From positions 2,296,243 to 2,360,242 of the forward strand of contig CAWEEQ010000004.1 of the NCBI GenBank assembly GCA_963808235.1: a DNA stretch of 64,000 nt. The letters are read 5' to 3'. The translations under genes and the position numbers were made by a program. Below the pieces are notes generated by a model. It was given only the letters and a program-made list of their open reading frames with translations. It searched no databases and was not told where the DNA came from. This DNA is from an uncultured delta proteobacterium. GTDB taxonomy: Bacteria > Desulfobacterota > Binatia > Binatales > Binataceae. Shown one piece after another: positions 1 through 9,558 of the stretch (positions are counted from its first letter, which is position 1; the number at the start of each line of letters is the position of its first letter).

Positions 1-527
1 ACGTCGTAGATCTTCCACGCGCCGTCTTTTTGCAAAAGGCGATAGTTCACATGAATCGGGTCTTTGCCCTGCTGCACGATATCGGTATTTATCTGGGCTT
101 CCTGGGGACTCTCCGCGGTTGCTTTCAAAAAGGTGACCTGCTGTCCCTTGTAGTCGTTGATCTTGCTCAGGTACGAATCCTCGATAAACGAAATAAAGAC
201 GTTGGTGAACTCCTGCTGCTGGTCCGGAGTGATTTGCTTCCAATGGTAGCCGAGCGCCGATTTCGCCATCTCGGTGAAATCAAAGGTGGAAGACACGATC
301 TGACGGAGCTTGTCCTGGCGCTGGGCCAGAGGAGCGCTCTTGTCGCTTAGGACGCTCAGCGCCTGATTCACGGTTTGCTGCACGACCGCCATCGGCGTGG
401 TCGTATCCTGAGCGCGGGCGATACCTACGACGCTCGATTGAAAAAGGAACACGGCGATCGCCGTCGTTATCGTGAGCAATCGGGGCAAGGTGAAGCGTCG
501 GAGCGATGAAGTTGTCATAGTCGTCAT
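1..527 (-). CDS. mlaC: MlaC (Ttg2D family) phospholipid-binding periplasmic protein, 3' end truncated by window edge
   Basis: Minus-strand translation from ATG at 525-527 gives a signal peptide then YHWKQITPDQQQEFTNVFISFIEDSY...VNYRLLQKDGAWKIYDV, typical MlaC. It lies directly downstream of mlaD. Confidence 0.8.
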   Translation of the reverse strand, partial: MTTMTTSSLRRFTLPRLLTITTAIAVFLFQSSVVGIARAQDTTTPMAVVQQTVNQALSVLSDKSAPLAQRQDKLRQIVSSTFDFTEMAKSALGYHWKQITPDQQQEFTNVFISFIEDSYLSKINDYKGQQVTFLKATAESPQEAQINTDIVQQGKDPIHVNYRLLQKDGAWKIYD

Positions 528-531
528 AATA

Positions 532-1095
532 TCACTTCTTGATATTGTCTCCCGGTTTCCCTGCTTCCGGCTTTGAGTCCTTACATGGACAGGGGTTTGT
601 GGTCGCGGATTTCGAACTCTTTTCGGAATCTCCATTGCCATTTCCATTGCTGCTTCCAGAGCCGTTGATTAGCTGTCCGATTGCGTCCTCGAGCACGAAT
701 GCCGACTGCGTCTGCCGGATCGTACTGCCGTCTCTGAGGATCCGGTCGCTCGGCCCGAGCTGGATCGAAACGTACTTGTCGCCAATTATCCCACTGGTTT
801 TGATTGCCGCAATCGCATCCGCATCGATCTGAACGCCCTCGTTCAGGCGCAACGCAATTCGCGCCCGCTCATTGTTCAGCATGATACCGGCGACCTTGCC
901 GATTTGCACACCTGCGAGTTGGACCTGGTCGCCAGTCTTCAATCCTGAAATGTTATCGAAACTCGCGTAGAGCGTGTAGCCCGGCGTTGGCAGAATCGAG
1001 ATTTTGCCGAGTGATATCGACAGAATCGCGAGCGCGACGATCCCCAGAAGCGCAAAAATCCCGACGATGAACTGCGTGGTTCGACTTGCGTACAT
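532..1095 (-). CDS. mlaD: MlaD (Mce-domain) outer membrane lipid asymmetry protein
   Basis: N-terminal TM anchor, then Mce domain (GDQVQLAGVQIGKV...IDADAIAAIKTSGIIGDKYV) and a low-complexity C-terminal tail. Confidence 0.85.
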   Translation of the reverse strand: MYASRTTQFIVGIFALLGIVALAILSISLGKISILPTPGYTLYASFDNISGLKTGDQVQLAGVQIGKVAGIMLNNERARIALRLNEGVQIDADAIAAIKTSGIIGDKYVSIQLGPSDRILRDGSTIRQTQSAFVLEDAIGQLINGSGSSNGNGNGDSEKSSKSATTNPCPCKDSKPEAGKPGDNIKK

Positions 1096-1107
1096 AGTCT
1101 GCTTGTT

Positions 1108-1920
1108 TCAGCCCGCCAGGGCCGTTTCATTCTCCTCGCCGGATGCTTTCCCGGCCAGAAACCGCTTAAAGACCTCGTCGTTCGCCGCCGTCACCTCTGC
1201 AACGGTGCCGTTCAGATGGGTCTTGCCATTGTGAAGAAAGGCGATCCGATCGGAAACCTCGAAGACCGCCGGCACGTCATGACTGACCATCACCGCGGTC
1301 AAGTCGAAGTTCTTCTGAGTTCGCCGGATAAGCTCATGGATCGCGCCGGTCCGCGACGGATCGAGGCCGGTGGTCGGCTCGTCGAGCATCAGGATTTTCG
1401 GCCGATGCACCAAGGCTCGCGCGAGCGCTGCGCGTTTCTGCATCCCGCCGCTCATCTGCGACGGAAATTTTTGCTCCATACCTTCGAGCCCGACCGCCTT
1501 CAAGGTTTCATGCACGCGATCGGCGATCTCGCTCCGGCTCAATTTGGATTTCTCGACCAGCGGGAACGCGACGTTGTCGAATATCGGCATCGAATCGAAC
1601 AACGCACCCGCCTGAAAGAGCATCCCGAATTTTTCCCGGATCGCGTCGATTCCGCGCGCGCCAAGTTTGGTCACTTCAATGCGATCGATCATGATCGTGC
1701 CCGAGTCGGGTCTCAGCAACAGGTTCAGATGCTTCAACAAGACCGTCTTGCCCGAGCCGCTCGGCCCCACGATCGTCGTGATCTGACCGGCCGGGAAATC
1801 GAGGGTAACCCCGTCGAGCACCTGTTGATGGCCGAAGCGGCGGCGAAGATCGCGCACTTCGATCGCATTGCCGTTCTTGGCGCCGTTTCCAGCCGTGGCA
1901 GTGTTTGCAGCTTCGCTCAT
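1108..1920 (-). CDS. mlaF: MlaF ABC transporter ATP-binding protein
   Basis: Walker A GPSGSGKT, ABC signature LSGGMQKRAALARAL and Walker B ILMLDEPTTGLD. Start chosen at the internal MSEAAN because the longer ORF would overlap mlaE. Confidence 0.9.
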   Translation of the reverse strand: MSEAANTATAGNGAKNGNAIEVRDLRRRFGHQQVLDGVTLDFPAGQITTIVGPSGSGKTVLLKHLNLLLRPDSGTIMIDRIEVTKLGARGIDAIREKFGMLFQAGALFDSMPIFDNVAFPLVEKSKLSRSEIADRVHETLKAVGLEGMEQKFPSQMSGGMQKRAALARALVHRPKILMLDEPTTGLDPSRTGAIHELIRRTQKNFDLTAVMVSHDVPAVFEVSDRIAFLHNGKTHLNGTVAEVTAANDEVFKRFLAGKASGEENETALAG

Positions 1921-1942
1921 GACTCCAGCTCGCGAAAATTCG

Positions 1943-2719
1943 TCACAAAAGTATAGACGTAAGGAAGTAATCCCATGCAAGAATCAGCACGCTCGAAAGC
2001 ACCACCGCCTCGGTGGTGGCGCGGCTAACCCCGGTCGCCATCCGTTCTGCGTGGTATCCCTTGTAGCAACAGACCCACATTACAACCACGCCGAAGACCA
2101 GCGCCTTGTAGAGACCGGTCATGATGTCGTGGCCGCTCATGTTCGCCGCGATGCCATTGAAGTACGCCCCCGATGGCGCTCCCATCAGGCCGACCCCGAC
2201 CGCATAGCCGCCCCAGATTCCGATCACGTCGAAGATGGCGGTCAAGAGCGGAAAACTTATGATGCCCGCCAGCATGCGCGGCGAGATCAAGTATTGAACC
2301 GGGTTGATCGCCATCACGGTCAGCGCATCGATTTGCTCGGTCGATTGCATCGAGCCGAGCTCCGCCGCCATCGCGGAGCCGGCGCGCGCCGCGATCATGA
2401 GCGCGGCGAGCACGGGACCAAGCTCACGCACCAGGACCAGGGCGACCACGGTGCCGAGCGCTCCGTCAGAGCCAAAGCGCCGGAGCGTGTTGTAGCCCTG
2501 TAAGCCCAGCACCATTCCAGTGAAAGCGCCGATCAGGATGATCAGGAACAGCGAATCGGCGCCGATGATCCTGATTTGACGGATCCACAAGCGCGGCTTG
2601 AACGGCGGGACAAATGTATAAAAGACCGCGCCGAGCAGAAAAATTACAAAATTGCCGAGCTGGACAACGCCGTCCAGGACCCGAGCCCCAAGCTGCTCAA
2701 TCATTTCCACGATCGACAT
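1943..2719 (-). CDS. mlaE: MlaE ABC transporter permease
   Basis: 258-aa polytopic membrane protein with the MlaE/Ttg2B pattern, directly upstream of mlaF. Confidence 0.9.
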   Translation of the reverse strand: MSIVEMIEQLGARVLDGVVQLGNFVIFLLGAVFYTFVPPFKPRLWIRQIRIIGADSLFLIILIGAFTGMVLGLQGYNTLRRFGSDGALGTVVALVLVRELGPVLAALMIAARAGSAMAAELGSMQSTEQIDALTVMAINPVQYLISPRMLAGIISFPLLTAIFDVIGIWGGYAVGVGLMGAPSGAYFNGIAANMSGHDIMTGLYKALVFGVVVMWVCCYKGYHAERMATGVSRATTEAVVLSSVLILAWDYFLTSILL

Positions 2720-2731
2720 CGGTCTGGTTTT

Positions 2732-3382
2732 TTAATGATGAGCAATCCCGAGCCGGGCCAGCTGATTGTGAGTATGCGTGTGCGATCCTGCACGCTCGAA
2801 TTCGGCGAGATCCGCGACGACGTCAAGGTCAAGCGCCGGTCGTGCAAGTCGCAGCACTGTAGCGGGAACATCGGTCGTTCGGCAATCGTCCAGATGCCGC
2901 ACCAGGCTCATCCGTCCGAACCGCGTCGCGACCGCGTCGGCCGGCGCCCGGCAGATCACGTTGGTGCCGGAGAAATCGCGCGACGGGACCAGCACCACGC
3001 CGCGGTCGGACCTGGACGGCATCGCGGCGAACACGGCGTCGATATCCTCTGCGGTAATGAGCGGGATGTCGGATAGCACGGTGCAAACGATGGAGGCGCC
3101 CTGGTCGATCAGCGCGGAGGTCGCAAGCGCGACGGCGGCGTTGAGCCCGCGCGGAAATTCCTCGTCGATGGTCAGCGCTTGCGCCGAGCGCGCCAGCTCG
3201 AGCAGCGCCGCATCGGAGGTCACCACGGCAACGTGATCGGCGGCGCGGGCGGATGACGATGCGGCCAGTACGTCACGGAACATTGCCTCGGCTAGCGCAC
3301 GACGCTCAGTCGGCGCAAATGCGCCCGCGAGCCTCGTCTTGGCAAATTCGAGCTGCTTGGCAGCGATAAGGATGACCCGCAC
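2732..3382 (-). CDS. CofC/FbiD-like 2-phospho-L-lactate guanylyltransferase (MobA-like nucleotidyltransferase)
   Basis: N-terminus MRVILIAAKQLEFAKTRL and an internal FSGTN motif resemble the CofC family. The call is by similarity only. Confidence 0.5.
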   Translation of the reverse strand: MRVILIAAKQLEFAKTRLAGAFAPTERRALAEAMFRDVLAASSSARAADHVAVVTSDAALLELARSAQALTIDEEFPRGLNAAVALATSALIDQGASIVCTVLSDIPLITAEDIDAVFAAMPSRSDRGVVLVPSRDFSGTNVICRAPADAVATRFGRMSLVRHLDDCRTTDVPATVLRLARPALDLDVVADLAEFERAGSHTHTHNQLARLGIAHH

Positions 3383-3637
3383 GGCGTATGTTTATAACCT
3401 ATCGCGCCCGCTTCTATCCAACGACGGAAGCCTGCATTGATCTTGCCTGCTTCGTCCTTCATTGGTACATGCCACAGGCCACGCGACCGGCGCAAAACCA
3501 TGGAGTCAGGTGCAGACTTGACAGTGTTTCCGTGTACGTCTCAACATAAAAGCTGGAGCCGTTATCGCTAGCGTCGTTTGTGCTCGTCGCCGGCCGCTAT
3601 TGAGCGAAGACCCGATTTCCCGGAGGGGACTATACCT

Positions 3638-4541
3638 GATGAACAAGAAGCCCTATTTCGAGAGCCGGAAAACAAGTGTGTGGTCGTGGGCCGGAGCCCT
3701 GCTTGCGGCCGGCGCGATAAGCCTGATCGTTGCCGGATGCCATCGCAAGACCGCCGATGACTATCTGGCCGAAGGCGACGCCGACATGCAGGCGACGAAA
3801 CTCCCCGACGCGGAGAAAGCGTACCAGGAGGCGGTCAAGCTGGCGCCGACCGATCCGCGAACACATATCGCGTTAGGCAACCTTTACGTTTTTGAACATA
3901 AGCCCGCCGACGCGCAGATCGAGTTCATGACCGTGCTCGAGTCCGATCCGAAAAACGCCGCGACTCACGTGGCGCTCGGCAACCTGTACGGCGATCAGAA
4001 CCAGCTCGGGCTGGCGGAAAATCAATTCCGCGCGGCGGTCGCGCTGGAACCCGATCGTCCGAACTACCATCTCGATCTCGGCGAAGCGCTGCGCAAAGAG
4101 GGCAAGACGTTGCCCGCGGAAGATCAAATCCGCACCGCAATCGGACTCAATCCAAAAGACGCGCAGGCGCATCTGGCGCTGGCAAATCTGCTCGCGAGCG
4201 CTCCAGGCCGCTCGGCTGAGGCCAACGCCGAGTTCGACCAGGTGCGAGCGCTCGACGCGAAGCTGGCACCCGCGCCAGTTAGTACCGCTTCGGCAGCGCC
4301 GGAGGCAGGCGCCACTGCCGCGACGGCGCCGGCTGGTCCGCCTCAAGTCAAGCCGCTCAACAAGCTCTTCGTGCTGACAAAGAATTCTCCGGTCTACCAG
4401 AATCCCGACGAGACCAGTTCCACGATCGGAGAAGTGCGCCGCAAGAAATATGTTCACGTGACCGGAATCGCAGGCAACTTTCTGCAAATCAAACTGAAAA
4501 ACGGCACCATCGGTTTCATACCGGTGGCCGCAGCGGAGTAG
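3638..4541 (+). CDS. TPR-repeat lipoprotein with C-terminal SH3b-like domain
   Basis: RBS GGAGGGG lies 9 nt before the ATG. Lipobox LIVAGC, several TPR repeats (ALGNLY x3), and a C-terminal SH3b-like segment. Confidence 0.6.
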
Positions 4542-4586
4542 CGCTCGCGGACTGGTCCTGAATTTTAATTTTCGAGGTGGACAGCG

Positions 4587-5296
4587 ATGGCGAATGAAGA
4601 CGTCGTCAGCCGTGAAGTGACCTATCCTGGCCGCGCGTGCGCCATGAAAGCATTTGTGGTCGAGCCCGCCAAAACGACGGCGCGCGTCCGGCGGTAATCG
4701 TGGTCCAGGAATGGTGGGGACTGAATGAACATATCCGCGACGTCGCGCGGCGCCTGGCGCGCGAAGGATATTTTACGATCGCGCCGGACCTGTACTCGCG
4801 CCAGGGGCACAAGGTTGCGACCGAGCCGAACCTCGCTGCGCAGCTCATGGGCGGGCTCAAGAAGGAAAACGGTATCGCGGATCTGCAGACCACGATCGAA
4901 TGGCTGCGCGCACAGAAACAAGCCCAATCGGCGCGAATCGGCATCACCGGATTCTGCATGGGCGGCAGCTACGCGACGCTGCTGCCGTGCGAGAGCCGCG
5001 AAATTTCTGCGGCAGCGCCGTTTTACGGCGAAATTCCTTCCGATGACAAACTTCAGAATCTCGGCTGCCCGATCTTTTATGCCTACGGAGAGAACGACGG
5101 CTGGATTCAGCGGATAGACGTCGATCGATTGGCGGGCGCGCTGAAGGAGTTCGACAAGCGCGGCGAGGTCAAAGTCTACAAGGGATGCTCGCATGGATTC
5201 TTCAACGACACTCGCCCTGACGTCTATCGTGCCGCCGAGGCAAAGGATGCGTGGGCGCACACGCTCAAGCTGTTCGCCGAAAATTTGAAGGCGTAA
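4587..5296 (+). CDS. Dienelactone hydrolase family protein, interrupted by a -1 frameshift near 4686-4690
   Basis: RBS GAGGTGG plus ATG at 4587 encode EVTYPGRACAMKAFVVEPAKTT, a DLH N-terminus. The rest (PAVIVVQEWWGLN...GFCMGG...CSHGF) continues in the other frame from about 4690. Confidence 0.7.
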
Positions 5297-5424
5297 TCCG
5301 CTGCACACCTTGCTGGCGCGCTAACTTCTTTGTGTCATTCTGAGCGCAGCGAAGAAACCCGAATCTTTCTCGGCGCAGAACACTTCGACTCACTGAGGGC
5401 ATGCGAAGCCGAGTTGCTCCGAAT

Positions 5425-7314
5425 TCAATCGATTCCCAGCAGCGCCGGATCGAGGTCCGGAGCGCTCAGATAGACGAGTCGCCCCTCGTCGGACGGGCGC
5501 TCCCGGAGCCATCGTGCGACGATGCTCATAGCCTCCAGCTCTCCGCGCTCGACGGGCTTCAGGTTGAATCGCTCGTAGTTGTTCGCGACGAACGCCGCGA
5601 CTTCTTGCGCCGCGCCCGCGCCGTCCAACTTCCGCGTCATCGCGAGTCGCCCAGCCAGCACCACGTGCGCCGCGCGATCGCCATTCTCACCGGTGACTAT
5701 CGCCAGGTTGTTTTCCGTGACCACCTGGCTAAGACGAGTCGCGCGATGAGCGAGCGTGGTCAGCGCTTCGAGATCGCGGCGGAACCGCCCCGCCTCCTCG
5801 AAGCGCATCGCGGCGGCCGCATGGTCGCGTGCTCTCGCCATCTCGCCGAGGAGCGGGCCAGCGCGCCCGCGCAGAAATCCGACCGCGCGCCGTACTCTCT
5901 CGCCATACGCGTCGACGCCGATGCTCACATTGCACGGCGCCGTGCAGTGACCCATCTGCCCATAGATGCACGGTGAAAAGTCTTCATGCGGTTTGAGCCT
6001 TCCCGAGCAAGTACGAAGCCCGAGGATTCGCGACAGCGCGCGAACAGAGTGATCGAGGCTCCGCCGTCCGATGAACGGCCCAAGATGCATCACGCCGCGC
6101 CGCGTGGTCATCTTGGTCGAGGTCGTCACGCGCGGAAACTCGTCCATCATGTCGAGCTTGATAAAATACGCCGGCGCCGCCGACTTGAGCTGCCGGTTGA
6201 ACGGCGGCTTGAGCTCGCGGATGAGCCGCGCTTCGTCGAGCGCCGCCTCGAGCGCCGAGCGCGTCGTCCGCGTCTCGATCTTGTACACGTGCGAGATTAG
6301 GTCGGCCGTCTTGGCGCTCACCGACGCTGAGAAGTACGACCCCACCCGCTCCCTGAGCCGTCGCGCCTTCCCGATATAGAGTAGGTCGCCGCGCTCATTG
6401 CGCATCAGGTACACGCCGGGCGCGAGCGGAAGTGCCACCACCTCCTCTGGCGTGACGTGACGCTCGATTCGCCGGCCCGCGATTCCGCGATGATGGTCGT
6501 CGAGCAGCCGATCGAGCCGCGTGATTCCCATCTTCTCCGCGATGTCGATAAAAATCGAAAGTATCTCCGCCGCCATCCGCGCGTCGCCGAGTCCGCGATG
6601 CCGCCCGTCGAGCGACAGCCCGAAGTGACCCGCGAGCAAGTCGAGGCGCCGGCGCTTGAGGGACGGCATGTAGCGCCGCGACATCCGGAGCGTGCACAGA
6701 ACCGGATTGGCGAGGCCGATTCCGAAGATGCGCCGGAATTCGAAGTTGAGAAAGCCGAAGTCGAACGCTGCGTTGTGCGCGACCATCACGCGGTCGCCCA
6801 TGAAGTCGCGAAACGCGGGCAACACCTCTTCAATAGGTGGCGCCTCGCGAACCATCTCGGTGGTGATCGACGTGAGCCCCGTGATAAATCGCGGCACCAC
6901 TCCGCCCTGCGGACGCACTAGGGTCTGGAATGATTCGGTCAGCCTCCGTCCGACCATCCGGTATGCGCCGATCTCGATAATGTTGCCGGGACCAGCGCGT
7001 CCGCCGGTGGTTTCCAGGTCAACGACGGTGAACTCTGCCTCGCTCAGCGGGACGCGCAGCCGATCGCTCTGCCGCAGCCGCCACTGTGCGTTCTCGGAAT
7101 CGAAAGCGAAATTAGGATCGCCGGCCAGGATTTGCGCAACGATCCGCGCGCCCAACTCGGGATCCGAGCCCGCGCCGCTAAAGAGAAGATCGACCAATTC
7201 TCCGGCGTCGGCGCCCGCCGGCCGCGAGCACAGAAACTGGTAGAGCTTCTGCTTCGTCGAAACCCCAAAATCGCGATGATTCCCGCCCGGAACTATCCCT
7301 TCTTCCACCGCCAA
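5425..7314 (-). CDS. DnaQ-like 3'-5' exonuclease fused to a GIY-YIG (UvrC N-terminal-like) nuclease domain
   Basis: DEDD exonuclease motifs (FTVVDLETTGG...HNAAFDFGFL...H..GDA) followed by GIY-YIG (PGVYLMRNERGDLLYIGKARRLRERV). Confidence 0.75.
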   Translation of the reverse strand: MAVEEGIVPGGNHRDFGVSTKQKLYQFLCSRPAGADAGELVDLLFSGAGSDPELGARIVAQILAGDPNFAFDSENAQWRLRQSDRLRVPLSEAEFTVVDLETTGGRAGPGNIIEIGAYRMVGRRLTESFQTLVRPQGGVVPRFITGLTSITTEMVREAPPIEEVLPAFRDFMGDRVMVAHNAAFDFGFLNFEFRRIFGIGLANPVLCTLRMSRRYMPSLKRRRLDLLAGHFGLSLDGRHRGLGDARMAAEILSIFIDIAEKMGITRLDRLLDDHHRGIAGRRIERHVTPEEVVALPLAPGVYLMRNERGDLLYIGKARRLRERVGSYFSASVSAKTADLISHVYKIETRTTRSALEAALDEARLIRELKPPFNRQLKSAAPAYFIKLDMMDEFPRVTTSTKMTTRRGVMHLGPFIGRRSLDHSVRALSRILGLRTCSGRLKPHEDFSPCIYGQMGHCTAPCNVSIGVDAYGERVRRAVGFLRGRAGPLLGEMARARDHAAAAMRFEEAGRFRRDLEALTTLAHRATRLSQVVTENNLAIVTGENGDRAAHVVLAGRLAMTRKLDGAGAAQEVAAFVANNYERFNLKPVERGELEAMSIVARWLRERPSDEGRLVYLSAPDLDPALLGID

Positions 7315-7415
7315 CTCCCCTTCGTCCTTTGTTCGCTTTAGCAGGGACTGCGCGTCTCGGCAATGTCTTTCGGCAACGTCCGCCGCATCGCGAATCGTGT
7401 ATAAGTGACGATTCG

Positions 7416-8111
7416 ATGCGTACCGATAGCGACGAACTCGCCCGTTACGTCACGGCGGAACTTCGCCGTCTTGCCGATCCCGCGAAAGCGCCGGCGATGG
7501 CGGCCTACATGAAAACCGCGCAAGCGTTCTACGGCGTGCAGACTCCAGCTCGCGCCATCATCATGCGCGAGACTCGCGATCGATTCGTGCCGAACGCCGA
7601 TAAATCGTACCAACGCAATGTACTCGCACTATGGAAGCTGCCCCATCGCGAGGAGCAATACTGCGCGATCGCGTATGCGCGGCAGCATCCGCGATTTACC
7701 ACGCCGGCCGCACTCCCGCTCTACGAGCGCATGATCCGCGAAGGAGCGTGGTGGGACTTTGTCGATGAGATCGCGATTAACCTGGTCGGCGCCGTGTTCG
7801 GAAATTTCCGCGCGAAGACCCGCCCCATCATCCAGCGATGGATCGACGACCCCGATATGTGGATTCGGCGCACCGCCCTGCTCTCACATATGAAGCACAA
7901 AGATCAGACCGACGCGGCACTGTTATTCGATCACTGCCTCCGGCGCGCGGGTGAGAGCGAGTTTTTCATTCGCAAAGCGATTGGATGGGCGCTTCGCGAA
8001 TACAGCAAGACCGACCCGCGCGCGGTTCGCGCGTTCCTCAAGAAGAACCGCAAACGGTTGTCGCGCCTCAGCTTCGACGAAGGCTCGAAGCATCTCGCAC
8101 GCGCGAAGTGA
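7416..8111 (+). CDS. DNA alkylation repair protein (AlkD/AlkC HEAT-like repeat family)
   Basis: DPAKAPAMAAYMKTAQAFYGV...WWDFVDEIA...WIRRTAL motifs. Start set at the ATG at 7416. Confidence 0.7.
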   Translation: MRTDSDELARYVTAELRRLADPAKAPAMAAYMKTAQAFYGVQTPARAIIMRETRDRFVPNADKSYQRNVLALWKLPHREEQYCAIAYARQHPRFTTPAALPLYERMIREGAWWDFVDEIAINLVGAVFGNFRAKTRPIIQRWIDDPDMWIRRTALLSHMKHKDQTDAALLFDHCLRRAGESEFFIRKAIGWALREYSKTDPRAVRAFLKKNRKRLSRLSFDEGSKHLARAK

Positions 8112-8134
8112 TCTCACTCAAACGAAAATGTGCG

Positions 8135-8428
8135 TCAGGCAACCGCCTTGATGATCTTTCTATACTCGTCCTCGCTGAATGCGCGATGCGTCTCGGTGCG
8201 CACGTTGCCCTGCGCGCCAACCGTCAGCGCAAGCTGGGCCATCACGTCGTCGTTGGGCGCCTCGACGATAAACATCGAATCGTACTGACCCATCAGCGAG
8301 TAGAAATCCTTCACCTTGGCGCCGTGCTGATGAAAGGTCTTCTTCGCCGCGTCAACCCGGTCGGGCGACCCGCGCAAATGATCGAGTCCCTGGTGAGTTA
8401 GATGAAAAAAGACAACGTATGTAGGCAT
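8135..8428 (-). CDS. GYD domain protein
   Basis: 97-aa protein MPTYVVFFHLTHQGLDHLRGSPDRVDAAKK...SLMGQYDSMFIVEAPNDD, typical of the GYD family. Confidence 0.7.
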   Translation of the reverse strand: MPTYVVFFHLTHQGLDHLRGSPDRVDAAKKTFHQHGAKVKDFYSLMGQYDSMFIVEAPNDDVMAQLALTVGAQGNVRTETHRAFSEDEYRKIIKAVA

Positions 8429-8557
8429 CGCAAAATCACCTCCGCGCTATTTCTGCAAATATTCCAAACCACGAAGTTCCCGGCAAACCGTTTCCCGCGA
8501 TTGTTCCCCTTCCAGGGAAGAGGCATCCTGCCGATCGACCATGCCACGGTCTGATTC

Positions 8558-8884
8558 CTAGTTGCCCTTGAGGCGCGGATCGTCCTTCGCAATACACGCT
8601 GAATGCCACGCATTATCGAAATTGTCGTTGTCAGCCATCTCCTGCTCTAAGGCCTTTTGGTTGTGCGAAATGTTAGCTCGCTGTTGGTCGGTCATGCTGT
8701 CGTACTGTCTAAGCTTGGCGGAGGATTGGTCTCGATACACGGTCTGGGCGGATTGGCAGGCTTCCGTTGAATCAAAAGAACGCCAAACGATCCATTCACT
8801 AAGCGGCGCATCGTCTTTCTTGTTCGGCGGGATCATCAGGTACCAGACCACAAGCGCGAGCGCGGCTGCGTGGCGGGATCTCAT
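8558..8884 (-). CDS. Hypothetical secreted protein
   Basis: Internal ATG followed by a signal peptide (MRSRHAAALALVVWYLMIPP). No recognisable domain. Confidence 0.35.
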   Translation of the reverse strand: MRSRHAAALALVVWYLMIPPNKKDDAPLSEWIVWRSFDSTEACQSAQTVYRDQSSAKLRQYDSMTDQQRANISHNQKALEQEMADNDNFDNAWHSACIAKDDPRLKGN

Positions 8885-9015
8885 GTCGCCCTTGTAGCGC
8901 GAGCTTCGGGAAAGCGAAAGGCGTGGACATTTCGAGAGTCCACAATGCTCGGGCGTATGGTGCCTATCGGCCAGTCGCGGTACAATTGTGGATCTGAGAA
9001 GGAAGGTATTTGCCA

Positions 9016-9552
9016 ATGGAACGCGTTGAATTGACCCGCGAGTGCGAAGGCGTGCAAGTCCCCGCCGGCAACACGATTAAACTCGAAAAAGGCATCGAAG
9101 CCTTTATCACTCAATCGCTCGGCGGAACTTTCACCGTCCAGGTGCCCGCATACGGCGGCCTGTTCCGAATCGCCGGCAAAGATGCTGACGCGCTCGGCAA
9201 GACACCGGCCGAAGCGGGCGGCGTCACGAGCGCGGGCGGCGATCTCGAAGCGATGGTCTGGGAGCAGCTCAAGACCTGCTTCGACCCGGAAATCCCAGTG
9301 AACATCGTGGACTTGGGGCTCGTGTACGGGATGGAAGTAAAGGACGCCGACGACGGCACCAAGAAAGTCGAAATCAAGATGACGCTGACCGCGCAAGGCT
9401 GCGGCATGGGCGCATCGATCGCGATGGACGCCCGTCACAAGATCATGGGCCTCCCCGGCGTGTCGGAAGCCGACGTCGATCTGGTCTGGGATCCACCATG
9501 GACCCCGCAAATGATCTCGCCCGAAGGCCGCGAGCGCCTCGGGATTGACTGA
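9016..9552 (+). CDS. DUF59/MIP18-family Fe-S cluster assembly protein (SufT-like) with ~75-aa N-terminal extension
   Basis: RBS GGAAGG upstream. C-terminal DUF59 motifs (CFDPEIPVNIVDLGLVYG...MTLTAQGCGMG...VWDPPWTP). Confidence 0.7.
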   Translation: MERVELTRECEGVQVPAGNTIKLEKGIEAFITQSLGGTFTVQVPAYGGLFRIAGKDADALGKTPAEAGGVTSAGGDLEAMVWEQLKTCFDPEIPVNIVDLGLVYGMEVKDADDGTKKVEIKMTLTAQGCGMGASIAMDARHKIMGLPGVSEADVDLVWDPPWTPQMISPEGRERLGID

Positions 9553-9558
9553 GCCCGC

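Noticed and set aside
30-350. 106-aa plus-strand ORF at the window start
   Set aside because: It lies antisense to a clear MlaC coding sequence on the minus strand (1-527). It has no motifs. It is a typical GC-rich antisense ORF.
8881-9510. 209-aa minus-strand ORF overlapping the SufT-like gene
   Set aside because: It lies opposite the DUF59 gene, which has an RBS and conserved motifs. It has no domain.
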